Below are positions 1 through 12,298 of a stretch of DNA of 64,000 nucleotides, piece by piece; positions within the stretch are counted from its first letter, which is position 1, and each line of letters starts with the position of its first letter. A model generated the notes under the pieces. That model saw only the letters and a program-made list of their open reading frames with translations. It was not told where the DNA came from and searched no databases. Source of the stretch: Octopus sinensis (Eukaryota); assembly GCF_006345805.1 (NCBI RefSeq), contig NC_043009.1:56854001-56918000 (forward strand). The letters are read 5' to 3'. A program made the translations under genes and the position numbers.

Positions 1-453
1 TATATATATATATATAATATATATATATAGCCATATGCATATATATGTATGTACACATACACATACACATACACACACTTATACATTCACTTGGTCGTTC
101 AAATGTCCCTTTAATATTAAAATAAATAGGTGAAAAAGATCAAAATACCTTATTGTTCATTTTATCTTCTCTCCTGTCTATCCCTCACTCACACCTACCA
201 TTTTCCATCTACCCACTGCTTTTTTATAACCGTACCCTCATCCTGTCTGTTGGTTACCACAACTTGGAGATTCCTTGATAGTTATAGTATGCCGCCCTGC
301 TCTTTAGACAGACAGACAGCCAGCTGGAGTACCCCGGGTTGCTAAATTTGGTACGCTCGGACAACTGAATAAAACAACCGTTATATTGCATGATTTTGAG
401 TGATAAAGAATATTCTCCCTTCATGTGATATTTTTCTACAGAGATTGCGACAA

Positions 454-540
454 GACACTGATGAAGCAGAATGCATGATTATATAATGTCTTTACTTATT
501 ATGTAATTATTTCGACGTTTTACTGAAACGTGTGTATGTC
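454..540 (+). ncRNA. Type I hammerhead ribozyme-like motif
   Basis: Stem I GACA(454-457)/TGTC(537-540); core CTGATGA (458-464); stem II AGCAGAATG...CGTTTTACT with one mismatch and a long loop; GAAA (525-528); minimal stem III AC-GTGT-GT; cleavage triplet GTA after 536. Confidence 0.6.
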
Positions 541-589
541 CTATAATGATTTGAATACTACACGTGTTTTTGTTTACTATTTCTTTCTG

Positions 590-752
590 CTCAGCAGTAT
601 TTCTTCCGACTTTTTATGTTCTGAGTTCAAACTCCGCCGAATTCGATTTTATGTTTCATCTTTTCGTAGTCGATAAAATAAATTACAAGTAAAGATCTGG
701 GGTCGATATAATCGACTTACTTCTCCTCGAAATCTGTGCCAAAATTTGAATC
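590..752 (+). mobile_element. Degenerate SINE, family B
   Basis: Matches other in-window copies: GTTCTGAGTTCAAA...TTTCATCTTTTCG..GTCGATAAAAT...GGGGTCGATATAATCGACTT...GTGCCAAAATTTGAA. Confidence 0.55.
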
Positions 753-869
753 TACTATTATTATTACTATTGTTGTAGTTGTTGTTGTAGCTGCTGCTGC
801 TCTTGTTGTAGTTGTTGCGGTTATGTTGTTGTCGTCTTCTTTTTCTTCTTCTTCTTCTTCTTCTTCTTC

Positions 870-910
<41 letters not shown>
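753..910. repeat. Compound trinucleotide microsatellite (TAT/GTT/GCT/TCT/TAT)
   Basis: Direct inspection; the terminal (TAT)n is the (AAT)n tail of the adjacent LINE. Confidence 0.95.
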
Positions 911-2010
911 GTCATTTACTTTTAATCTGCATGTTTGATGCAATCACCTGCCGGGGCACACCCAGCGCCCTAGGGCAAGTGAAGGTTAAGAGTTGTTGAA
1001 ATATAGCTGAAAGCTTGGGGGGGGAAGTAGAGATATATCTCCATGTAATGCAAACACAGACATTTACATTGATAGGGTTTTTCTAAGGATGTGGGCAGTA
1101 CTTGTTAGCACAATCTTTTGGATTTCCTTGAGACATGGTTTTCCAGGGATATTGTCTAGGTGTTTCTGACATCCCTTTTTATCATACCTAGGGCACCTAC
1201 AATAACAGGAACAGTTTTTTGTTTTAAGATTCCACATCCTCTGTATTTCGATTTCCAGGTCCTTATATTTACTAAGTTTGTCAAATTCCTTGACAGATAC
1301 ATTTTTATCAGTGGGGACGCTTACTTCTATTAGTCTGCAGGTATTTTCTTCCCTGTCTTTAACAATTATGTCTGGTCGATTAGCCTTGATCGTTCTGTCA
1401 GTGTTGACTGGAAAATCCCAGAGGATGGTGACATCTTTACCTTCAACAACTGGTGAGGATGGTGTTCATACCAGTTAGCAGGAGTGTCGGATTTGTAGTG
1501 TTTACATATCTTCCAATGTATATACTGTCCTACCCTATCGTGGCGATTTTTGTATTCGTTTGGTGTCAGCACAGGACATCCGAAACGAGATGGTCTATCG
1601 TTCGTCAAATGTGTCGCAGAATCTGCATTTAGGGTCAGTACCGTTTCGGAGAACGTTAGCCTGGTAATTTCTGGTAAACAAGCTTTGATCTTGTGCTGCC
1701 ATTATGAAACCTTCAGTCTCTGCTTTCAATCCAGAGCTCTTCAGCCACTGATGGGTTGTTGCTTGGTCTACATCAGCATTTTGGCTTCGGAGAATATATT
1801 GTCCATGCAGGGGCTTCTGGCTCCACCGCCTCTCAATTTGATTCTGCCCGTTCTTTTTTGCAGTCTGCTTGATTCGCTTTGCTTGCTTGGTAGCAGTGGT
1901 TTCCGGCTCTTCATCTGATTCAAGGTTAATGTCTAGTTCCCTTTCGAACTTATAAGCTTCCTTGACAATAGAATGCAGCTTTTTGTTGCTTTCGTGTTCG
2001 CACACAAGTC

Positions 2011-2011
<1 letters not shown>
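911..2011 (-). mobile_element. 5'-truncated R4/Dong-like non-LTR retrotransposon (RLE endonuclease region, 3' UTR, (AAT)n tail)
   Basis: Frameshifted minus-strand translation: KPLHGQY..WLKSSGLKAETEGFIMAAQDQSLFTRNY..CRFC (zinc knuckle), RHDRVGQYIHWKIC, ILWDFPVNTDRT..NRPDIIV (PD..D/E nuclease), VGALGMIKKG..LRKTLSM* (stop 1064-1066). Confidence 0.85.
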
Positions 2012-2071
<60 letters not shown>

Positions 2072-2072
<1 letters not shown>

Positions 2073-2552
2073 CTCCAATCAGGACTCACGCCATTAGCCA
2101 CAAAGAATTATCTCTAATTCGAGCCTACTCTAAGCTACAAAGAATGCGTGTGGCAACTTGAAGATCCACTCACCACACGCGATAGACTGGCGGTTGCACG
2201 GCCGCGAAAGCTACGTTGTTATCCTCATTCCGTAAACGGTGGCTTTTAACGGATGGAGAGCTGAACCATCCTAGAGTACAGAGGATTCGCAATCTAGACT
2301 AGGGTCTGAAAGTTTACCACACCATAGTGGGTCACACTATGGTTCCTTTGCTTTGTGGCAGAAGTAGGCAGTAAGAGTGAGAGAAAGTTGTGGTGATAGA
2401 GTATAGCGGGGTTCACCCCCACTCCCGCTGGAGCCTCGTGGAGCTTAGGTTTCTTTTGCTCAATAAACACTCACAATGCCCGGTCTGGGAATCGAAACCG
2501 CGTTCTTACGACCGCGAGTCCGCTGCCCTAACCACTGGGCCATTGCACCTCC
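2072..2552 (-). mobile_element. tRNA-derived SINE, family C head with a distinct structured 3' body ending in (AAT)n
   Basis: Minus-strand head GGTGCAATGGCCCAGTGGTTAGGGCAGCGGACTCGCGGTCG...GGTTTCGATTCCC (A and B boxes) is shared with copies at 14297, 15690 and 24711; the 3' end abuts (AAT)n at 2012-2071. Confidence 0.75.
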
Positions 2553-2607
2553 ACTTTGTTGTTAGTGGTTGTGGTTGTAGTGGCGTTGTTTTTCACGACA
2601 ACAATAG

Positions 2608-2643
<36 letters not shown>

Positions 2644-2929
2644 CGACGACGACGATGATGATAACGAAGTTGTTCTAGTTGTTGCTATCGTTACCTTATT
2701 CCATTCTGTGTGTGAGATCTATAATTACAATCTGGAAGGTCAGCAAATAGTTGTGTGACTTTCACCCTCACTTTAATAGCCGAGTGACCCTCCACCTTCA
2801 TTCAGTAGCAGAGTGACCCTCAATTCTCACTGTACTCACAAAACTCTCACCCAACCACATAAATACTATACAAATACTCACACACTCTAATGCATACACA
2901 CACATTAACCCATACACAAAATAAGTACA

Positions 2930-3500
2930 CGAACAAACACGCACACCAACATACACACACGCACACAGACACACTCACACACACCAGCACACACACATAC
3001 ACACACACACAAATTCATTCCAATGTGGATACGTGCTCATACGCATAAAGACACTAACACAAACACATACACATCATCACCAGCATTCGCATACACACAC
3101 ACGCACACACACACGGACACACACACACACGCACATACACAAAATACAAAAAAAACCCCACATCTCTCAAAAACATGCCAACATACATATATAAACATGC
3201 ACTTATACAAACGCATACACATACAGACTCACTTCACCATATACCTACACACACACGTACGCACACACACACACACACGTACACACACACACACACACAC
3301 ACACATACATAGACATATGCATACGGGACACACAAACAAAAACACACACCAACATATACATATAATAAGCTCTTATATAAATACATATACATACAGACTC
3401 ATATGAACATATACCTACACACACACACACATACACATACACACACATACACACTCTGACGCATACACACACATACACACTCTGACGCATACACGTAGAG
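2930..3500. repeat. Degenerate (CA)n/(CATA)n microsatellite field
   Basis: Direct inspection. Confidence 0.9.
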
Positions 3501-4289
3501 AAAGAAGCAGCCAATCAATTTGATGGATCAATTTATATTTTCTCAATGATGATAAATGGATCATTGCATATAATTGGAGCATTCCATCATTATCCACATC
3601 ATCATCATCATCATCGTCGTCGTCGTCGTCGTTGCCGTTGCCAACACCTCGTATCTATGGCAACAATGGAAACGTGGGGGAAAAAAAACAACTAATCAAC
3701 GATGACCACGCTGTGTGTGCCATATCCGGAGTACATCACGGGACTTTAGTGGCGGCGGCGGCGGTGGAAGTAGCGCAGGTGGTGGTGATGGTGGTGGGTA
3801 CGAATGGTACATCTTTGCCTATAGGTCCACTGGGTCAAAACTGACCTGGAGGCTAAACAGCTCAGAGCAAGGACACACATTTTGGATAAGGTAGTCGCAA
3901 GTAGCACTGTGTTTGAATAAAAAGGGTGGATGGTCATTTATGGAACACCTTCACTCATAGAGTCGTTCGATAACGACACCAACACACAAAATACGTACAC
4001 ACATACAAACATACATACTACGTACATACATACATACATACATACATACATACATACATACATGCATAATACATACATACACATATATACAAGCATATAT
4101 ATATATACACATACACATGCATACAAACATACACACATACATGTACACATACATGCAAACATACATCTACACACATACACACATGCATACACATATACAT
4201 ACGCACATACATAGACACATACACTCTTGTATGCATATATTCATGCACATGCTATCTATGCATCTGTAAATGAATCTTCGTCTGTTTCG

Positions 4290-4480
4290 ACGATGAGCAT
4301 TCATTTGTTCGAAGCACTGAAGTAGCTGCTCATTGAATTAGCATGCAAAATGGCCAGGTATTCCACAGACACAAGTACCCTTAACGTAACGTTCAGCCAT
4401 AATCAGGGTGACAGAGTGTGTGACAAAACTGGGTCTTTGATATACAGGTGCAATTCAGCAATCTATGCGATGGGCTTCCT
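4290..4480 (+). mobile_element. Degenerate interspersed repeat, family E (SINE-like)
   Basis: Similar to 44963-45165: CCACAGACAC..GTACCCTTAACGTA...GTGACA.AG.GTG..ACA. Confidence 0.4.
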
Positions 4481-4777
4481 AACATTTTCCATCTAAATTT
4501 CACTCGAAAAATTTAGAACGACCTGATGCTATGGTACGCGTATGAAATTTGCTCAAGATATCACGTCGTGGAACTTTGTGGTTGCGAAGCGAATTTAACA
4601 ATTTGGCTATGATGAATCTACTCACACGTATGTATATGCATAGATACACGCATGCACACATACTCTTAAACATAAAGACAAAGATAATCGCAAGTGTAAT
4701 AGGTAGAACTATATACAGATCTGACCTCGTGCAGACGTCCTAGTATATAGTTCTGCAAATTATATTTGTATGGACGG

Positions 4778-4849
4778 TCACACTGAGGATCTACGGACAA
4801 TTGCGCAAGTAATATTACGTAATCTGTTAATAGTGAAACATGTATGTGA
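4778..4849 (+). ncRNA. Type I hammerhead ribozyme-like motif
   Basis: Stem I TCACA(4778-82)/TGTGA(4845-49); core CTGAGGA (4783-89); stem II CTA..TAG plus ACGGA/TCTGT with T.T at its base; GAAA 4835-38; palindromic stem III ACATGT; triplet GTA, cleavage after 4844. Confidence 0.65.
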
Positions 4850-5168
4850 ATAATCTGTATTTGTTACTTTTCATCTGTCTTGCTCGCTTACGTTCTTGTG
4901 TTTGCTAAATTTTTCTTGAGAACATTTCTTAGTGGTAAGACCATAGCGGATCTACTTCTAGCATAAAGGTTGTCCACATAGTGGTCATCCCTCTCATATG
5001 TATATAATACAATTTACTGAACTTTCAGATTTTAATATGCTAGACCACTGGTGTTAAACTGATGTTAATTAAATTAATATTCTACGTACATTATCAGTTG
5101 TAGCGAGAAGTTTTTCAAGCTGAGAGGATGTAAACTCTGTTTTTCTTCAATTTCTCTTTTTTTTCTAC

Positions 5169-5201
5169 TCCCTGGCGAAAGATTACATCCGAAACGTTGG
5201 A
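5169..5201 (+). ncRNA. Decayed minimal hammerhead motif (PLE type)
   Basis: TCC-CTGGCGA-A-AGAT TAC ATCC-GAAA-CGTT-GGA; three substitutions from an ideal TCC CTGACGA A GGAT TAC ATCC GAAA CGTC GGA. Confidence 0.4.
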
Positions 5202-5786
5202 TATTCCACTCCTCACGGCTAGTTCACTCTACCCTTGCGCACTTTGCTATGTATTTTCTCAAGTCTTGCCGACGCAGAGCTACACAAGATTCCTTGTTGC
5301 TTGCCTAGTATATATATGTGTGTGGGGGTGTTAATGTATGTGTGTGTGTGAGAGAGAGAAAGAGTGTGTGTGTGTCCCCGCGCGCATGTATATGTATACG
5401 TGTATATATATATATATGCATATATAGTAGATGCGGCTTATAATCACAAAAAGTGTTAGACTGTTATTGCTATCAAAATTTATGGGTCTCAAATACTTTA
5501 TAAGAAATTGATAATGATTTGCATATTAGAAACAAATCGTCGGACATTGCTATCAAAATTATCAACTAACCCATTGTACAATCCTTGCTATTAATATATG
5601 GCCTATAATTAAGACAAAGATCGAATCAACAAGTGCCTCAGCTATGGAGATGTGGTAGATGTATAGTGATGGTTGTTGTCGTTGTTGTTGTTTTGTTGTT
5701 GTAATGATGGTGGGGGAGAGTCTTATGTTGGTACTGTTAGTGAAGTACTGATGTGTTAAATTAGTCTTTGAGACCGCTAATATTGT

Positions 5787-6242
5787 TTTCAAATTTTGGC
5801 ATAAGGCCCCAATTTCAGGGAAGGGGGTAAGTCGATTACATCAACTCCTAGTACTCCACTAGTTCTTATTTATTTCATCGGCCCCGAAAGGACGAAAGGT
5901 AAAGTCGACCTCGGCGGCATTTGCACTCAGGTCGTAACGACGGATGAAATACCGCTAAGCATTTTGCCTGGCACGCTAACGACTCTGCCATTTGCTTGTC
6001 GACTTCTTGTGACCGGTAATATAGATTTTAAATTGAGGTACAAGGCCAGGAATTCCGGGAGAGGGGGTAAGTCGATTACATCGGTCCCAGTACTCACTCA
6101 GCTGGTACTTATATTATCAATCCCCGAAAGGATAAAAGGCAAAGTCGATAAAAAGCAGAGTTGATCTCAGAACGTAAAGACGGACGAAATGCCGCTAAGC
6201 ACTTTTCAAGTCGTGCTAATGATTCTGCCATCTCGTCGCCTT
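5787..6242 (-). mobile_element. Two tandem SINE family B copies (5787-6000, 6026-6242)
   Basis: Reverse complement of GGCGGCGAGCTGGCAGAATCGTTAGCACG...GAGTTCAAAT...GTCGACTTTGCCTTTCATCCTTTCGGGG. Confidence 0.8.
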
Positions 6243-6369
6243 TACGACCGGTAATATTAGCATGTTAAGTTGGTCGGTCTTGTCAAAATTTCATGTAAAC
6301 TTATTCATCACTCATTTTATGAAGCCGCACCATTCTACTTAATCAATCTCGTTTAAGGTTGGCAATGAC

Positions 6370-7330
6370 TGGGAAGAAGAATTTCAGTTGTGGTTTTTGT
6401 TTATCTTGTGGAATTTGTGAGAGAGCCAAATGATGAAATTAAGATTTTCAAGTTTATTTAAACTGAGGGTTTTTTTATTGATTAAACATGGTTTCAGACG
6501 AGTTTTAAACACCCTTCATTGCGATGAAAGAAGTAGATAAGAGATGTGAAGATTTGTTTCCTCAAAAATAAAAATAAAAATATTTTACTGCTCTGGTAAA
6601 GTGCTTGAATGAATCAGAACAGTGCTGCTGTACATTTAAACATTTCACAGAGTCGCTTTTGTATAAGATTTTGAAAACAGACAGCATCTTCTAATGAGAA
6701 CATAGGTCGCAAAATACGATCTAGGAAAAGACTTGGTAAAGAAAGTCATATTAAGTGAATACTGAATATTTAGTTTGACAGATTTTGTACAAATAATCTT
6801 TCAATTAATGAACCACTGATGCGTCACAAAACAAAAGAGTTTGAAAAAGAATCACGCAAGCAAAAAAGTTTCACAACAAACTGAAGGTTAAAGAAGTGAA
6901 AAGGGTGTGAAAATGTTGTGTTCAAAAGTATTGTGTTCAAATGGCGAAGAAAAAGGGTTTCTTTTTTTTCATCAGCTAAAGTGTTGGTTAAGATAGAATG
7001 GCCCTCAATTATTGCTGAATACTCATCTGTGAATATTTGCAACGCAGACATTGTTGAAAATGAAAACGCCAAAGAATTTGAATTTTCAAATGTATGAGTG
7101 ACAGTTCTTTGATGAATAAATACAAAGGGACAGAAACGAATGTTTCTTGTTAATGAGGAAAAATAAAAACAGTCGGCTTTTTAATGGTGTCGAAGATTAC
7201 TGTTTTTAACAGTAAGTAAGATTTGGCATTAAAACAAAGAATAGTCTTATCTGTTGATAATTGTTCCATTCAGAAATAATTTGTCAATGAAGAATATCAA
7301 AGTTTCCAGAGACTCAGCTGAGTATCTGGA
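6370..7330 (-). pseudogene. Highly decayed DNA-transposase remnant, possibly hAT (SPIN/GTF2IRD2-like)
   Basis: Only scattered motif-like peptides on the minus strand (KNSNLRHH, IFTDEYSAIIEG, HHLALSQIP); many stops and frameshifts. Confidence 0.3.
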
Positions 7331-7569
7331 CGACTTAAGGAGTGCTCTCTTTCACTAAATAAGGAAGCAGAACCGCTTGCCCTTAGACTTTCTTACGTCA
7401 AGACAAAGATCCAGTTTTTTATTGGCTTCCTGAGTGACTCCATCTTTTTTTGTCGCTGTTGTAGGTAAGAATGTCGAAGTTGTTCACCGCTTCACTATCT
7501 TGACAGTGTGATCCTTTGCAGCATTAGCTGCGAGTCGTTCAGGTTTGCAGGTTTCTAGTCCCCCCTGTT

Positions 7570-8060
7570 TTACTCTGTAGTTGCAAGACTTGGATGCTAT
7601 CCGGAGTCTTTTAAAACCGCCTGAACCCCTTGGTACAAGGACGCTTCGCAGCATTATTGGTCGAATTTCGTATCCAGATCAATGTAACGGGACCAATGCT
7701 CTGTATTTCGTATTGAGACCAATGTATCTACGTAAGTAACAGGACACATCCCAGAAACTGGAATGCTTCCCGTTAGTTGTTTGATTGAGATGCGTCAGCT
7801 TAGACTGTTTAGTCATGTTGCTCAGTATTCCGAGTTGGATCCGGCGTATCGTGTTTTCTTCTCTGAGACGACGACTCGTATTGGTCGGTCACATGCCTTA
7901 TGGTCACGGCAGATGAGGAAATATCTCGCAGAGATGATGAATGACCGGGACTCAGCTCGAAGGGTTTCCCGGGATGACTCGAGTAAATACCGACAAATGG
8001 TGGATGCACCGACGCGCTGCAACGACGCTTGCTCCCATATCTGACCTGATCTAATCTGAG
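7570..8060 (+). mobile_element. RTE-clade LINE 3' fragment
   Basis: LLCSCKTWML (LLYGCETW-like), GTRTLRSIIG, MRQLRLFSHVAQ..DPAYRV..GRSHALW; short ACCTG/ATCTG-type tail. Confidence 0.65.
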
Positions 8061-8099
8061 GTAAGTTTCTAGCTCTCAAATATCATCAATAATTCGACC

Positions 8100-8760
8100 A
8101 TGTGATCAAATTCGACTATACGAGCTTTAAAGACTATTTATCGAAATGAAATTTGTGCAACAATTTTAAGCAGTCTTAATGATATTCAAACCCAATCTGA
8201 CGCAAATGCAGTTACGAAGTGGGCTTCCCACTTGATGCATTGAATATGTCAGCAATGTCATGAAATCAGGTCTCAGAGGTAATTATTAATTTTTTTTTCT
8301 AAAACAAACACAGAAACTCCACTCAACATAGAAATGAACCTTATTTCAAATTAAATTCCCGATAGAACCCTTGGATGATACACAAAAAATGTTTGTTTAT
8401 TTTTTGTTTTGTTTTTTTGACAAACAAGAAGTAGAAGCTTCATATAGGAAATATGTCAAGCTGTTATTGGTGTGGACTCTGAATTAGAAGAGAGTGAGCC
8501 AAATCCAGAAATAATTTCATTATATCCTCCAGCCAGTTCTCAAGTGCAAGAAGCTCTAAAAATAATGTTTCATGCTGTGCAACATCGTTCTGCAGAATTC
8601 CAAAAGCGACATGAATATAAGCAATTTATTAATGTTCTACGAAATGTCAGCAGCATAAAATCAACATTGCGTAAGTTTTCAAAATAATTGTTAAGTTCTA
8701 ATATATATAAAATAAATAATAATTTCAAGATAATAATTTTCATAGTAGTTTCATTACTGG
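8100..8760 (+). pseudogene. Tigger/pogo-like transposase C-terminal remnant
   Basis: DALNMSAMS*NQVSEVIINFF resembles the DDE_1 C-terminus; acidic tail ORF 8472-8687 (EALKIMFHAVQ..EYKQFI). Confidence 0.35.
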
Positions 8761-9205
8761 TTCATCCATTTTTTAGAATAAGGGAGGAAGACAAGTAGTG
8801 AAAACGAGAGAGAGAATCTATAGGCTGCCACACTATAGTTGGATTTGAGCAGACAAAGTCTATATCTGGACATTGAAAGAAAAGGGCAGACAGGCAGAAA
8901 TAGGAGAATAAGCTGGTGTTTAGGGTTTGTGGATGTTAGTTCATTTTGATGAGACGAATGAAATATAAATCTGTACATCGACAGACATCGAGACAGAGAA
9001 AGAGAGAGAGAGACGTAGGAGAGTAAGCTGATGTGGTGAGAGTTTGTAACTGTTCGATGAAAACATGAAGTCAACATATGTGTAAACTTAGAGACAGACA
9101 AACATAGGAGAGAAGGGGGTTTGTTGATTAATGGTCTGTAAACTACACCATTGTTTGATGAAAGCAGTGGAGTTTACGTGTTGTGTACTGAGAGAGACGG
9201 GAATG

Positions 9206-9462
9206 GGGCGTGGCTTAGTGATCAGGCTGTTGCATACACGATTGCGAGATCGTAGTTTCGATTCCTTGTCTGGGCGGCGCGTTGTGTTCTTGAGCGAAGC
9301 ACTTCATTTAACGTTGCTCCAGTCATCTTTCGATTAAGAGGCGTTGTTAGCCTGCTCGCCTAGCTAGCGGATGGCGTTATTTGAATGCTAAAACAATGCG
9401 AAAGAACATCGTGACCCGCGATGTGTAACAACATCTGATAGTCTGATCGGTCACGTGATCAC
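9206..9462 (+). mobile_element. tRNA-derived SINE
   Basis: GGGGCGTGGCTTAGTGATCAGG...GTTTCGATTCC head; 3' part GCTAAAACAATGCG...GGTCACGTGATC is shared with 24711-25024. Confidence 0.65.
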
Positions 9463-10014
9463 ATAATATAGAGAGACAGGCTTCCCGACACATACACGTT
9501 GAAAAATAATGCGGGGGTGTTGGTCGTCTGTACACCATAACGCAGTTTGATGAAAGTGGTGGAGTCTAAATCTGTACGTAGCTAGACAGAGACTGATTGA
9601 CAGATACAAGAGAGCAAGGTTGTGTGTTGCTGGAACTGAAGGAGCCGACAGCTTACGTTTTAGGGAGAGATAGATTGACAAACAAACATAAGAGAATTAG
9701 CTTCGTCGTTGAGAATTTTTATTCGACGGTATATGACAGTTTATGAGAGCAACGGGAGTCAACATCATGTCGACAGAGAGATAAAGAGACTGACAGATAC
9801 ATAAAAAGTAGGGTAATTTGTTGAAATTCTGTAGAACATAGCACAGTCTGATAGGAACAGCTGTAGCCCAGTACATCTTGTATAATTACATTCTGTGACA
9901 TAAACGATGATAGTAATATTTTGAAAGATATAAACACTGATGTGTTGTTTAAGTTTGTTTCTCTATCTTGGTATCATTAAAAAATGTGAGATGAAAGAGT
10001 GATTTAAAAGGGTG

Positions 10015-10035
10015 TATGCACGTGTACGTACGTAC

Positions 10036-10066
<31 letters not shown>

Positions 10067-10088
10067 TGTATGTATGTATGTATGTATG

Positions 10089-10122
<34 letters not shown>

Positions 10123-10530
10123 TGTATATATGTATGTATGTATGTATCTATGTATCTATGTATGTGTGTATGCATGCATGCATGCATGCATATATGTATG
10201 TATGTACATAAATATGTATGTATATGTGTGCGTACGTACGAATGTATGTATGTACGTATGTACATGAATATGTATATGTGTACGTACGTACGAATGTATG
10301 TATGTATGCATGTATGCATATGTGTACGTACGTACGAATGTACGTATGTATGTACGCAGGCATGCATATATGTATGTATATGTGTATGTACGTACGAATG
10401 TATGTATGTATGTATGTATGTATGTATGTATGTATGTATGTATGTGTGTATATTTCTATGCATGCATATACATTTATATGTATGTTCGAAAATATTGAAT
10501 ATATGTGTATGGGCGTGTGAATATATGTAG
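10015..10530. repeat. (TATG)n/(TACG)n compound tetranucleotide array
   Basis: Direct inspection. Confidence 0.95.
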
Positions 10531-10944
10531 GTGTGTGTATGTTGAGAATGTGTTGTGCACGAGTGCTCATCAGGACGTTTATATGTTAGTATAAATGTCC
10601 TACATACATACATACATATATTTATACATACATACGTGTCTAAAGTATGTATTCATCCCTGTATGCTCACGCGCAAGCACATTGTCGCTTGCATGTGTAC
10701 ACATTAACAAGTACAAGAAAACAGAAAAAAACGATATACAAACCCCAAGTAAATTATATCATTCGGTTGCTGTTATCGCTGTATGCGCTTATCTAAGTGC
10801 GTATTTACATGGCACGTATATCTGTATGCGTATATGCACATGTGTTAATGAGTGGATGTGTCTAAACGTGTGTGTGTGTGTGTGTGTGTACAAGTGTCTT
10901 TGTTCCATATCGTATTCTGCTTTTGAATGAGGTCGTATTTGAAC

Positions 10945-11230
10945 GTGCACAGCCAGTGGTTAGGTTTGGAATAACGATTATGAGGTCATGCACGAGTTCG
11001 ATCCTAGGACCCAGCGTTGCCTTATGTTCTGCGCGGCTTTTCATTTGCAGATTACTCCAGTCTAGCCAGGACTGTCCTAGCACGCAGCTGGTACTCATTA
11101 GCAGCTGAGTGCTAGGGCAATCTTCTCCCCAGCTGTCATATCTTCGTTGTTCCACCGGTTCAAAGGTGGGAAAGCCGAGAGGGTGTCAATTTGCGCCCAT
11201 AACTACATAGGCGCCGAAAACATTTAGTGA
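10945..11230 (+). mobile_element. tRNA-headed SINE-like element (single copy in window)
   Basis: CAGCCAGTGGTTAGG (A box) and GAGTTCGATCC (B box); central CAGCTGGTACTCATT..CAGCTGAGTG motif. Confidence 0.5.
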
Positions 11231-11392
11231 ACGAATGGAACATGTTATCAAGACATGCTCGATTCCTAATAATAGTCTTAATTTCGGCTTTTTCTTTACT
11301 TTCATTTTTTTTTTTTTTCGTATGTACGTTTGTGCCTTCCACGCTCCTCTGCGGTTCGGTATACAATACACATAAATACATACATGCATACA

Positions 11393-11426
<34 letters not shown>

Positions 11427-11620
11427 CATACATACATACATATATACATACATACATACATACAGACAGACAGACAGACAGACAGACACACAGACAGACA
11501 GACAGACAGACACACAGACAGACAGACAGACAGACACACAGACAGACAGACACACAGACACACAGACAAGCATTCATTGCATACACTAAGAAATTCATGC
11601 ATATAACATGTATATGTATA

Positions 11621-11785
11621 GGCGCAGGAGTGACTGTGTCGTAAGTAGCTTGCTTACCAACCACATGGTTCCGGGTTCAGTCCCACTGCGTGGCATCTTG
11701 GGCAAGTGTCATCTGCTATAGCCCCGGGCCGACCAAAGCCTTGTGAGTGGATTTGGTAGACGGAAACTGAGAGAAGCCTGTCGTA

Positions 11786-11853
<68 letters not shown>

Positions 11854-12086
11854 ATGTATGTATGTATGTGTGTGTATATGTTTGTGTGTCTGTGTTTGTC
11901 CCTCTAGCATTACTTGACAACCGATGCTGGTGTGTTTACGTCCCCGTCACTTAGCGGTTCGGCAAAAGAGACCGATAGAATAAGTACTGGGCTTACAAAG
12001 AATAAGTCCCGGGGTCGATTTCCTCGACTAAAGGCGGTGCTCCAGCATGACCGCAGTCAAATGACTGAAACAAGTAAAAGAGTAAA
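11621..12086 (+). mobile_element. Full-length bipartite SINE, family A
   Basis: GGCGCAGGAGTG.CTGTGT.GTAAG...CCGGGTTCAGTCCC head, internal (TA)n/(TG)n, second arm ending GACTGAAACAAGTAAAAGAG; near-identical to 26221, 35196 and 47702. Confidence 0.9.
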
Positions 12087-12298
12087 TATATATATATAGC
12101 AATAATAATTCTCTAAATGAGATATAGACAGTGACTGCTCCATAACATAAGGGACATTAGCCAACTGAATATGGCTAGGGACAGGGCAGGGTGGTGGGGG
12201 TGTCACTGTTGCATTTAGCCCCAGGCGAACATCAACGTCACCAGATAGGCCGACGCCATCACGGCGTCCTCTATCTTGCAAAGGGAGATCATTCCCCA

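Noticed and set aside
2140-2210. HDV-like ribozyme in the SINE 3' body
   Set aside because: One strong stem is visible, but the nested double pseudoknot could not be assembled by eye.
9963-10613. Long ORFs such as the 216-aa HTYI-repeat and the 238-aa ORF at 44451-45167
   Set aside because: Translations of (TATG)n, (CA)n and (TA)n microsatellites; no coding evidence. The same applies to most of the ORF track.
11621-11700. tRNA-like sequences with A and B boxes (many sites)
   Set aside because: SINE heads continuing into repeat bodies; no complete cloverleaf, so no tRNA gene is called.
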